Shown: one piece after another, positions 54,965 to 64,000 of the stretch
Position numbering within the stretch: the first letter of the stretch is position 1
Layout of the letters: every line of letters starts with the position of its first letter
Assembly (NCBI GenBank): GCA_963716725.1
Contig: CAVQUB010000022.1
Location: 71,884 to 135,883 of the forward strand
Length of the DNA stretch: 64,000 nt
Direction of reading: 5' to 3'
From: an uncultured delta proteobacterium
GTDB taxonomy: Bacteria > Myxococcota_A > Polyangia > Polyangiales > Polyangiaceae
The notes under the pieces: model-generated
The model's database searches: none
Seen by the model: only the letters and a program-made list of their open reading frames with translations
What the model was told of the DNA's origin: nothing
Program-made: the position numbers and the translations under genes

Positions 54965-56342
54965 TCACTCTTCTGTCTCGTCTTTGCCGCGAAGACCTAG
55001 CGCTTTGGCCTTCTTGTACAGGTGGCTGCGCTCTAGACCCAACGCGCGGGCCGTCGCTGCCATCTGCCCGCCGTGGTGGGCGATCGCCTCTTCCAAGATG
55101 GTGCGCTCGGCCTCGTCCACCAGGATGCGGAAGGGCACCCCGCTGCGATAGAGCCCGGCGTGGGCCACCGTCGCGGCGAGTCCCAGCGAGCGCGCGACGT
55201 CCTCGCCCGTGACGCTGTCGTCGGGGCTCAGGATCACCAGGCGTTCGATCAAGTTCCTGAGCTCGCGCACGTTGCCCGGGAACGAATGGCGTGTGAGCGC
55301 CTCCAGCGCAGATGCCGTGAGCGTCACGCCGGGACGAGCGTTTGCCTTCGCCGCTTGCTCCAAGAAGCGGCCCGCTAGAAGCTGGATGTCTTCGCGGCGC
55401 GCACGCAGCGGCGGCAGCTCGAGGGGCAGCACGTTGAAGCGATCGTAGAGGTCGGGACGAAAGCTCCCGTCGCGGCAGGCGCTCACGAGATCCCGATTGG
55501 TCGCCGCGACCACCCGCACGTCGATCTTGAGCACCTCGCTGCCGCCAACACGCTCGATCTCGCGCTCTTGCAGCACTCGGAGGAGCTTGGACTGCATCGG
55601 CAGGGGCATGTCGCCGACCTCGTCCAGGAACAGCGTTCCAGCGTGGGAGCGCTCGAATTTTCCCCGCCGCTGCTTGGTGGCGCCGGTGAACGCCCCCGCC
55701 TCGTGACCGAAGAGCTCGCTCTCGATCGAAATCGGCCGGAATCGCCGCGCAATTCAGCTTCTCGTAGGGGCCTTTCGCACGCGGTGAGGCGCGATGAATG
55801 GCCCGCGCCACCAGCTCCTTCCCGGTTCCGCGTTCGCCGGTGATGAGCACGCTGGCGACAGCTTTGGCCGCTCGGCTCACCTGTTCGCGCAGGTCGAGCA
55901 TGGCCCGACTGCGGCCAATCAGCTCCTCGAAGAACCCTGCCTCGGCGCGCAGCTCGAGCGCCGCCTCCTCGGCCCGCATCAGGCGCAGGGTGTTGTCCAA
56001 CACCACCAGCAGGCGATCGGTAGAGACGGGTTTCTCCAGGAAATCCAGGGCGCCGAGCCGTGTCGCGCGCACCGCCGTGTCGATGGTCGCGTGTCCGCTC
56101 ATCATGATGACCGGCGTCTCGACGCCTCCCGCGCGCAGACGCTCGAGCAACTCGACGCCGTTGCCGTCCGGCAACGAGACGTCGAGCAGCAGCACGTCGT
56201 AGCTCTTCTTCGCGACGCGCTCCGCCGCCAACGTCACGCCACCGGCGACATCGACCGTGTAGCCCTCCAGAGAGAGCGCCTTCTTGAGCGTGCTCAGGAT
56301 GGATGGCTCGTCGTCGACGACCAAGATTTGACCGCGAGGCAT
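54965..56342 (-). CDS. sigma54-dependent NtrC/NtrX-type response regulator (frameshift ~55730)
   Basis: [27 protein letters not shown] after the frame change; [18 protein letters not shown]; Fis HTH. Confidence 0.92.
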
Positions 56343-56683
56343 CAGGGGAAGACCTTGCCAACACCTGAGCGCGACGCCAAGGGATCCCGCGTGTCCGCTG
56401 TTGGCAGCCGTTTTCAAGCGGATTCACAGGAAGACCGAGAGGCGGGAAGGGATTTTGAGTCTAAGCCGCCGCGCCCGTCTGATACTGCGAGCGTGGAAGT
56501 GGATGAGCAGGCCGGCCCGCAGGCTCCGATCACCAGGCAGAACGCCCCTCGAACCTTCCCGCCTTCCCGTGAAGAGCCCTCTGGGATCCGTGGCGGTCAA
56601 CGGGTCGGGCCGGGCTCGCAATTTTCCCGGCAACTCCCCCGTAGGTCCCGCTCCGCGTAGGCTCTGCTAGGCTCTCTCGTCCC

Positions 56684-58375
56684 ATGTCCGAAGCGACGGC
56701 GTCCGGCAAGCTGGAGACGACTCCACTCTCCCAGCTCCTGGTCTACGCCCTCGACAAGCAGCTCACCGGGTCGTTCATTTTCCAGGCTCCGGACCGGAAG
56801 AAGAGCGCGCTCTACCTGGTGGGCGGCGCGCCAGTGAACGCCAAGACTGGCCAGCCCGTGATCCACCTCGGACGGCTCTTGCTCGAGGTCGGAAAGATCG
56901 AAGAGGACGTCTACAATCAAACGCTCAAGCAGGTGGCCAAGGAGCACGCGCTCCACGGTCAGCTATTGCTGGAAGCGGGCGCCCTCGACCAGGAGACCTT
57001 GGACGGAGCGCTGTCCGAGCAGCTGCTGCGGCAGGTCGTGTGGATGTTCTCCCTCGCGCCCAAGACCGGCTACGCCTACTACGACGGCAAGAACTACCTC
57101 GACAAGTGGGGCGGCGGCTTGGTGAAAATCGAGCCCCTGGCGGTGATCTGGCGGGGGATCCGCCGCTTCGAGAACCTGCACCGCGTGGACGCAGCCCTCG
57201 CCCGGCTCGGGCCCCGGCCGCTCAAGCTGCACGCATCTGCGCAGGTCGCGCGCTTTGGGTTGACCGAATCGGAGCGCGCGGTGCTGGACGTGATCCGCGC
57301 CAAGACGCAATCGCTGACCGAGCTCCTGGATTGCGGCTTGGACGACGTGGTCGAGGCCAAGCGCTTGGTCTACACCCTGATGATCACCCGTCATTTGGAG
57401 GTGGGCGCGCCCCCATTGGGCATTGGCGTGCCCGGTCGGTCGCGCGCCCGGCCCCCGCCCGCGCCCGCTCCGCCGCCTTCGAGCCGGGCGCCGGCTTCGG
57501 TGGCCTCGCCCATCGCGGCTCTGCTCGACTCGTCGCCCATCTCGTCGCTGATGGGCTCGTCTCCGGTGGCGTCGCCGCCGCCCTCGACGCGCGCGGCAGC
57601 GCCCGCTCCGCCCGCACCTTCGAACGAACCGGCCCAGGTCGCCGAGTACCGCGCCGAGTTGGTCGAACTCGCCGCGAAGATGCCCAATCAGAACTACTAC
57701 GAGATGTTCGGCGTGCCGGTCAAAGCGGCGAGCGCCGAGATCTCGGCTGGGTTCTTCCAGCTCGCCAAGAAGTGGCACCCCGATCGCCTCGGACCCGAGT
57801 TCGATCCGATCAAAGGCGAGGTGATCAAGATGTTCGCCAAGTTGACCGAGGCGCATCAGGTGTTGACCGACGACGAACGTCGTCGCGGATACGACGAGCT
57901 CGTGAAGGACGGCGGCGGGACCGAAGTCGAGCAGCAAGAGGTCAACAAGATCATGAACTCCGTCGTCCTCTATCAGAAGGCGACAGTGTACTACCGCAAG
58001 GGCAACTTGCCGGAAGCCGAGGCGTTTGCGAAGCAGGCGATGGACGGAGACGCCGGGCAGGCGGAGTACCAAGCGCTCTGGGTGCAGTGCGTGTCACAGA
58101 AGCCCGAGCGGGCGGTAAAGAACAACTATGGCGACCTCATCACCATGATGGAGGAAGCCGTGAAGCGCGAGCCCGAAAACGAGAAGGTTCGGGTGGCCCG
58201 CGGAGAGCTCTACAAGCGCGCGGGCATGGTCGACAAAGCCATCGCCGACTTTCGCTGGGTCGCGCGTCGCTTTCCGAACAACCTCGAGGCGGCACGCGAA
58301 GTGCGCCTGGCCACCATGCGCAACGAGAGCAAAGAAGAGAAGGGCGGCCTCTTCGGCAAGCTCTTCAAACGCTGA
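56684..58375 (+). CDS. DUF4388-like / J-domain / TPR protein
   Basis: SGKLETTPLSQLL N-terminus; NYYEMFGV...LAKKWHPD; C-terminal TPRs. Confidence 0.8.
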   Translation: MSEATASGKLETTPLSQLLVYALDKQLTGSFIFQAPDRKKSALYLVGGAPVNAKTGQPVIHLGRLLLEVGKIEEDVYNQTLKQVAKEHALHGQLLLEAGALDQETLDGALSEQLLRQVVWMFSLAPKTGYAYYDGKNYLDKWGGGLVKIEPLAVIWRGIRRFENLHRVDAALARLGPRPLKLHASAQVARFGLTESERAVLDVIRAKTQSLTELLDCGLDDVVEAKRLVYTLMITRHLEVGAPPLGIGVPGRSRARPPPAPAPPPSSRAPASVASPIAALLDSSPISSLMGSSPVASPPPSTRAAAPAPPAPSNEPAQVAEYRAELVELAAKMPNQNYYEMFGVPVKAASAEISAGFFQLAKKWHPDRLGPEFDPIKGEVIKMFAKLTEAHQVLTDDERRRGYDELVKDGGGTEVEQQEVNKIMNSVVLYQKATVYYRKGNLPEAEAFAKQAMDGDAGQAEYQALWVQCVSQKPERAVKNNYGDLITMMEEAVKREPENEKVRVARGELYKRAGMVDKAIADFRWVARRFPNNLEAAREVRLATMRNESKEEKGGLFGKLFKR

Positions 58376-58378
58376 CGT

Positions 58379-60217
58379 TCAGCGGCGACGGATCTCGAAC
58401 GAGCGAACGAAGGTCGCGCTGTCCGCCGCCGCAAGACCGAGCGTGACCCTGCCGTCCTCGACCGCGCACGATCGCGACGCGCCCTTCCGTTCGAGCACCG
58501 CCATCGACCCGCGACGGCGCAGCGTGAGCACCTCCCCGGGATCGGCGACCTCGACGCTCGACCAGGGGCACTCGGAGCCGCCCACGCGCGTCTGTCCCAT
58601 CAGAACGACGGGCGGCGGCCCCGAGGTCAGGGTGAGCGCGAGATCGACGTCGGCGTAGTCGGTGTCCGCCACGAACGCGCCCGCGTCTGCGCCCGCCAGG
58701 CCGAGCCCCGCGGCCGAGTACTCGATGCCAGAATCGGAGAAACTTCCCGGAAAATGCCCCGGAACGACCTGGTCGCGACTCGCGAACAAGAGCGGAGCCA
58801 GATCGCGAGCAAAGGAGCCGCGGACCCCGTGTCGAAAGCCTCGCAGGGCTCCGACGAGCCCGCGTTCGAGCCAGACGAAGGCACCCGTATCGACGCCGAG
58901 GGGCGCTGGAAGATCGGCGTCCGGGCCCTGCTCCGGCCGTTCAGCGGGCTCCTCGAAGCGTCCCGTCCAGGGGTCGAAGCGCCTGAAGACAGTGGTTGAT
59001 CCTGCACGGGCGTGAAGCCACGGGGTTCCGTCGTTGGCGTCGATCAGGGAGGCGCTCGATGGTGTGAAGATCAGCGGCGGCAGCACGTCGATGGCGCCGC
59101 TCCTTCGCAACCAGACCACGCTGCGCTTGGGAACGTCGCCGCTACAGATCTGGACAGACTTGGGAACGCAGACCCCCACGCCGAGCACGCCACCGCCAGG
59201 CATGGCTGCAAACGAATGGCTCTCAGCGAGGACCAGGCCCCCTTGAACGAAAGTGAGGGAGCGCGCGTCGGGCGTCAGCCACTCGAAAAGACCGACGGTC
59301 GCTCCGGAGATCGTGCCGCCGCCCACGAATACGCGCCCGTCGCTCAGCCGCAGGGCGCGGGGGCGCTCCCGCGGGCTCCCGAGGGTGGCCAGGCCGGCGA
59401 TGCGAGCCGACTTGTCCTGGGGCGAGACCACCTCCAGCGTTGCGAGGGGGATACCGCCCGGGCCGGCGCCGCCCACCAGGAGCGTCTCGCCCGACTCGAG
59501 CACGACGCTCGCGTGACGCGTTCTGGGCTGCGCCAGCGCGATGACCGTGGCGCGATCGAAGCGTGCCTCTTTGGTCAAGAAGACCGAGGCCGACGCCAGC
59601 GGTGGCGATGTCGCGAGGTCTCCGTCGGAGAGCGTCGGATCGACTCCGCCCGCGACCAACATGGCGTCGGCGCCGAAGGGCGTGATGCTCGCGAACGCGC
59701 GGGCGGGCAGCATGCCCTCCGCGACCTCTTCGGCCCGTCCAGTCGCGAGACTCACCGTCAGCGCGCGGCTCGCGTCTGCGGTTGCCACCAGAGCCCCGGC
59801 GACCAAAAGCGTGCGCCTGCGAGCGTCGACGCCAAACGAGACGCCCAGTACTTGCCCGGGGAAGGCCGCTTCGGGTGGGGGCCACAGCTCGGTGGGCTCG
59901 CCGCTCCGCCACAGCAGCACGTCGATGCTCCCGCCAGTCCCCGCCCTGCCCAGGCCGACGAAACCCTGGGCGCTGCTGCCGACTCGGGCGCTCACGGCCT
60001 TGGTGCCCGCAGGAAATGGCAGCTGCAGGTCGCGCGCGTCGCCAGCCGCGATCTTGGTCGTGAGCGTCGAGGCTTCGAAGTCGCCGAGCGCGGTCAGCTC
60101 AATGGAGAGGTTCTCCGCTCCGGCGGCGTGAGCCGGCGGCAAGTGGGCCTCGATACGCAACACTCGATCCGGCTCCTGGCCGGGATCGCAGCCACAAAGC
60201 AGCAGAATTGCCCAGAC
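58379..60217 (-). CDS. Kelch/galactose-oxidase-repeat beta-propeller protein; start uncertain
   Basis: MLPARAFASIT..LVAGG, PRTRHASVVLESGETLLVGG, LSDGRVFVGGG; LLLCGC lipobox-like. Confidence 0.6.
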   Translation of the reverse strand, partial: VWAILLLCGCDPGQEPDRVLRIEAHLPPAHAAGAENLSIELTALGDFEASTLTTKIAAGDARDLQLPFPAGTKAVSARVGSSAQGFVGLGRAGTGGSIDVLLWRSGEPTELWPPPEAAFPGQVLGVSFGVDARRRTLLVAGALVATADASRALTVSLATGRAEEVAEGMLPARAFASITPFGADAMLVAGGVDPTLSDGDLATSPPLASASVFLTKEARFDRATVIALAQPRTRHASVVLESGETLLVGGAGPGGIPLATLEVVSPQDKSARIAGLATLGSPRERPRALRLSDGRVFVGGGTISGATVGLFEWLTPDARSLTFVQGGLVLAESHSFAAMPGGGVLGVGVCVPKSVQICSGDVPKRSVVWLRRSGAIDVLPPLIFTPSSASLIDANDGTPWLHARAGSTTVFRRFDPWTGRFEEPAERPEQGPDADLPAPLGVDTGAFVWLERGLVGALRGFRHGVRGSFARDLAPLLFASRDQVVPGHFPGSFSDSGIEYSAAGLGLAGADAGAFVADTDYADVDLALTLTSGPPPVVLMGQTRVGGSECPWSSVEVADPGEVLTLRRRGSMAVLERKGASRSCAVEDGRVTLGLAAADSATFVRSFEIRRR

Positions 60218-60236
60218 AGCGCTACGCTTGCCGCGG

Positions 60237-61967
60237 ATGTACCCGCAGCTCTTTGGCAAGTACGTGCTCGAGCGAGAAATCGCCGCCGGGGGCATGGCCA
60301 AGGTCCTGGTCGCCACCTTACGCGGAGCGGTCGGGTTCGAGAAGCGACTCGTGGTCAAGCAGATCCGCCCGGAGTTGGCGTCGGACGACGCATTCGTTCG
60401 CCGCTTCGTCGAAGAGGCGAAGACCGCCGTCGAACTCGGGCATCCCAACATCGTACCGGTGTACGAGCTGGGGGTCGAACAAGGCGTCTACTACATCGCG
60501 ATGGAGTTTTGCGAAGGCGTGACGCTCTCGGAGGTGCTGAGCGAGACCGGAGCGCTGTCCCCCGAAGAGGGCGCCTACTTGGGCATCGAGATCTGTCGCG
60601 CCCTCGACTATGCCCACCGCCGCGCGAGCATCGTTCATCGCGACGTCACTCCGCGCAACGTGATGCTCGACGAAGAAGGCGCAGTGCGCATCATCGATTT
60701 CGGTATCGCCGCGCCGGTGACCCTGCCCGAAGACGGTGGCTTTCATCGCGGAGAGCTCTTCGGCACGCCCGGCCACATGGCGCCCGAGCAGATCGCGGGC
60801 GAAGCCCTGACGCCGGCAACGGACGTCTTCGCGGTCGCAGCGCTGCTGATCGAGGCTTGGACGGGCAAGCCGCCCTTCCGCCGCGGAACGGCCGCGGAGT
60901 GCATCAAGGCCCTGGCGGAGACCCCGCCACCCCTCGACGCGAGCGTTCCGGAGCTCGAGCCGCTGTCCGAGTTGATGTCCGCCGCCCTTGCTCCGAAACC
61001 CGACGATCGCCCGTCGACCGCCGAGGCCTTCTCGCGGCCGCTGCGCGAATTCGTGAAGAGCGCCGATCTCGGCGACGTCGCGCGACGCATCGGCACCCGG
61101 GTGCGTCGCACCCGGCGCAAGCTCTTGGCGTCGAGCCCCTGGCTGCTTGGAGCTTCCGACGACGACTCCTCGCCAGTGGAGAAGGAGGCCGGAACGCGGC
61201 GAGCGGCGAGCATCGGGGACACGCAGACCTTCGCAGTCCGCAACGACCTGGTCGAGTGGACGCGCAAGCTGCCGAGCATTCCGCCACCGCCGGACAGCGC
61301 TGTGATCGAGGCTGCGCCGTCGAGCGAAGTCATGTCGACGCGGCCCCTGGAGAGCTCCGTGGCCGAGGCCAAGCCCGCGGCGCCGGCTCCCGCCACGGCG
61401 AGGGAGGAGCCACGTTCCGAGCCGAACCGTGCCGCACGACCCCTGGTGTCGCTGCTGCTCGTGGGAGGCGTCGCGGCTGCGCTCTGGTGGGGCTCGCGTC
61501 CATCGGCGGTCGTTGCCGGCGACCGCCCGCCGCTCGGCACCTCCGCGCCGGCCACCAGCGCCTCGGCGAGCCAGGTGCCCACCGCGCCCGTGGTTCTGCC
61601 ATCGGCGGCGCCCGCGGCACCGCCCTCAGCGCTGCCCTCCCTGCCGGCGGTTCCGGCGACCTCCGAGCCCCCGCAGCCGCGGCCTTCCGCCCAGGGTTTT
61701 GCCGCGGACGCCGCCTCGGTCGAGAGCGGGGCGAAGGCATCGCTGACCCTCTCGGCGTCGCCACCGAGCGCAGTGAGCGTCGCCGGCAAGTCCTACGGAC
61801 GGACTCCGGTCGCGGGCATTCAGCTCCCACCCGGGAACTACTTCGTGAGCTTCGAGAACGCGACGCTCGGGTTGAAGGCCGGCGCGCCGGTCACGCTCGG
61901 AGCCGGCGCGAAGCGCACTGTACACGCGGACTTCAACGATCCCTCACCGCGCGTCAGCGTACGCTGA
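60237..61967 (+). CDS. Hanks-type Ser/Thr protein kinase with TM and PEGA-like domain
   Basis: IAAGGMAKV, VVK, HRDVTPRN, DFG, GTPGHMAPE; TM; GRTPV...LPPG. Confidence 0.92.
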   Translation: MYPQLFGKYVLEREIAAGGMAKVLVATLRGAVGFEKRLVVKQIRPELASDDAFVRRFVEEAKTAVELGHPNIVPVYELGVEQGVYYIAMEFCEGVTLSEVLSETGALSPEEGAYLGIEICRALDYAHRRASIVHRDVTPRNVMLDEEGAVRIIDFGIAAPVTLPEDGGFHRGELFGTPGHMAPEQIAGEALTPATDVFAVAALLIEAWTGKPPFRRGTAAECIKALAETPPPLDASVPELEPLSELMSAALAPKPDDRPSTAEAFSRPLREFVKSADLGDVARRIGTRVRRTRRKLLASSPWLLGASDDDSSPVEKEAGTRRAASIGDTQTFAVRNDLVEWTRKLPSIPPPPDSAVIEAAPSSEVMSTRPLESSVAEAKPAAPAPATAREEPRSEPNRAARPLVSLLLVGGVAAALWWGSRPSAVVAGDRPPLGTSAPATSASASQVPTAPVVLPSAAPAAPPSALPSLPAVPATSEPPQPRPSAQGFAADAASVESGAKASLTLSASPPSAVSVAGKSYGRTPVAGIQLPPGNYFVSFENATLGLKAGAPVTLGAGAKRTVHADFNDPSPRVSVR

Positions 61968-62484
61968 CCCGCTCGCGCGGAACCAACAGCCCGGTTTGTC
62001 GGAGCGCTTCGTACAGCGCGATGGCGACGGCATTGCCCAAGTTGTGTGAGCGAACCGGGCCGAGCGTGGGGATGCCGACGACACGCTCCGGGCGTGCGAC
62101 GAGCAACTCCGTGGGCAGGCCCACGCTCTCTTTTCCAAAGACCAGAACGTCTCCGATCTGAAAGTCGACCTCGAGGTGGCTCCGCGGCGCCTTCCCGCTG
62201 AACAGCCAGGTCCGTGCAGGCACATGGCCGATGGCCAGCTCCGCCGCCTCCAGGGTCTCGTGCTGATGCACCTCGACCAGGTGCCAGTAGTCGAGGCCCG
62301 CCCGACGAACCGCCTGCTCGTCGATGCGGAAGCCGAGGCGTCCCACCAGGTGAAGGGGGCAGGAGGTCGCGGCGCAGATCCGCGCCACGTTGCCGGTATT
62401 CGGCGGGATCTCGGGCTCCACCAGCACCACATGGAAGGGCCGTTCGTGGACCTGGCCGCGGAGGCGCGCCGACTCTCCGGTCAT
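61954..62484 (-). CDS. trmL: tRNA (cytidine(34)-2'-O)-methyltransferase
   Basis: PEIPPNTGNVARIC, RRAGLDYW, FGKESVGLP, RSHNLGNAVAIALYEA. Confidence 0.93.
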   Translation of the reverse strand: MTGESARLRGQVHERPFHVVLVEPEIPPNTGNVARICAATSCPLHLVGRLGFRIDEQAVRRAGLDYWHLVEVHQHETLEAAELAIGHVPARTWLFSGKAPRSHLEVDFQIGDVLVFGKESVGLPTELLVARPERVVGIPTLGPVRSHNLGNAVAIALYEALRQTGLLVPRERVSVR

Positions 62485-62613
62485 CGCCCGTGAGCATAGG
62501 CCGGGCTGGACCGCTGCCGCCAACCTGCGCTTATTGGCCATAAGGCCGGGGTTGGGTCCCCGAGCTTGACGATGATCCCAGCCGGCAAGTAGCCTCGCCC
62601 GGCGGAGAGTGCG

Positions 62614-63020
62614 GTGGGAATCAAGGCTCACTATGCAGCGGTAGCTGCTGGAATTTTCATAACGACTGCTGCCTCGTTGGCGGCCGCTGAGCCCATGGAT
62701 CCGGCCATTGAGCGCCTGGTCACGGACCCGCGCTGTCGGACGGATGCCGGCGAATACGTGGATGACCCCACGACGTTGGGCCAACTGCAGCAGGACACCG
62801 GCCGAGCGTGGTGCACGCCCGATCACAAGGCGTTCAAGCGGTTGATCAACCAATTCGGCTTTGCGCTGGCTCCCACCGCGATGCACTCGGCGCGAACCAC
62901 CGGGTTCGGCGGCTTCCACCTGTCCATCGAGGCCGACTACACCAAGATCGACTCGGGGGCCGACTACTGGAAGAAAGGCACCCAGGGCAAGATCGACCCC
63001 AACACCAAGAAGGCGTCGAT
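62614..63020 (+). CDS. exported hypothetical protein, truncated by the fold-back junction
   Basis: Signal peptide MGIKAHYAAVAAGIFITTAASLAAA; sequence turns into an inverted copy at 63016. Confidence 0.55.
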
Positions 63021-64000
63021 GGACAGGTGGAAGCCGCCGAACCCGGTGGGTTCGCGCCCCGAGTGCATCGCGGTGGGACCAGCGCAAAGCCGAATTGGTT
63101 GATCAACCGCTGCTTGAACGCCTTGGCATGCACCACGCTCGGCCGTGTCCTGCTGCAGTTCGGCCCAACGTCGTGGGGTCATCCACGTATTCGCCGGCAT
63201 CCGTCCGACAGCGCGGGTCCGTGACCAGGCGCTCGATGGCCAGGGATACCATGGGCTCGCGGACCGCCGACGAGGCAGCAGTCGTTATGAAAATTCCAGC
63301 AGCTACCGCTGGTGGGTGAGCCTTCATTCCCACCGCACTCTCCGCCGGGCCGCCGGCTGGGATCAGATTGGACCCGGCCTTATGGCCAATAAGCGCAGGT
63401 TGGCGGCAGCGGTCCAGCCCGGGCCTAGAAATAACACCGGAGAGTCGGCGCGCCTCCGCGGCCAGGTCCACGAACGGCCCCTCCATGTGGGTGGTGCTGG
63501 TGGAGCCCCAATCCCGCCGAATACCGGCAACGTGGCGCGGAATCTGCGCCGCGACCTCTCTGCTTCCATCTGGTGGGGGACGCCTCGGCTCGCCATCGAC
63601 GAGCGGCGGGTTCGTCGGGCGGGCCTCGACTACTGGCACCTGGTCGAGGTGCATCGGCCCACGAGACGGAGGCGGCGGGCGAGCTGGCCATCGGCCATGT
63701 GCCTGCACGGACCTGGCTGTTCAGCGGGAATGGCCGCGGATTCACCTCGAGGTCGAGTTTCAGATGGGAGACGTTCTGGTCTTCAAAAAGCCCAGACGTG
63801 GGCCTGCCCACGGAGTTGCTCGTCGCACGCCCGGACGTGTCGTCGGCATCCCCGGTTTCCTTGGGCAATGCCGTCGCCATCGCGCTGTACGAAGCGCTCG
63901 AGCAAACCGGGCTGTTGGTTCCGCGCGAGCGGGTCAGCGTACACTGACGCGCGGTGAGGGATGGGTTGAAGTCCGCGTGTACAGTGCGCTTCGCGCGGCT
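63016..64000 (-). repeat. degraded inverted copy of 61901-62930 (fold-back)
   Basis: 63016 TCGATGGACAGGTGGAAGCC is the reverse complement of 62911-62930; the copy continues through trmL to the kinase 3' end with many indels. Confidence 0.92.

Noticed and set aside
63145..63957. Second trmL gene or pseudogene
   Set aside because: Part of the error-rich fold-back copy, most likely artefactual.

Overview
GC-rich bacterial chromosomal DNA whose gene content points to a myxobacterium (Polyangiales/Sorangiineae-like): TIGR04551-type barrel, PEGA-tailed Ser/Thr kinase, Cys-rich and Gly-rich lipoproteins, DUF4388-J-domain protein. It carries housekeeping genes (bioFD, zapA, aroKB, dapF, leuB-like, queE, rph, trmL), a MoxR-DUF58-transglutaminase triad, several PAS/receiver signalling genes and many exported hypothetical proteins. 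The main accessory feature is a ~10 kb divergent polyhydroxyalkanoate (PHA) locus at 21258-31391. One arm is phaR-phasin-phaC-SDR. The other encodes two paralogous lipoproteins, a lipoprotein alpha/beta-hydrolase, an outer-membrane barrel, a 93-aa PhaE-like protein, an acyl-CoA ligase and a second phaC. TGTTGCGAYGCAACA operator-like palindromes link the two arms. Other signals: parS-like sites inside bioF/bioD, many TAnnnT hexamers 6-9 nt before start codons (leaderless-like), a symmetric TetR/diiron-protein intergenic region, and many single-base frameshifts. The last ~1 kb is an error-rich inverted copy of 61901-62930, which suggests long-read or assembly artefacts. No tRNA, rRNA, CRISPR array or transposase was recognised. 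All calls come from reading motifs by eye; no searches were run.
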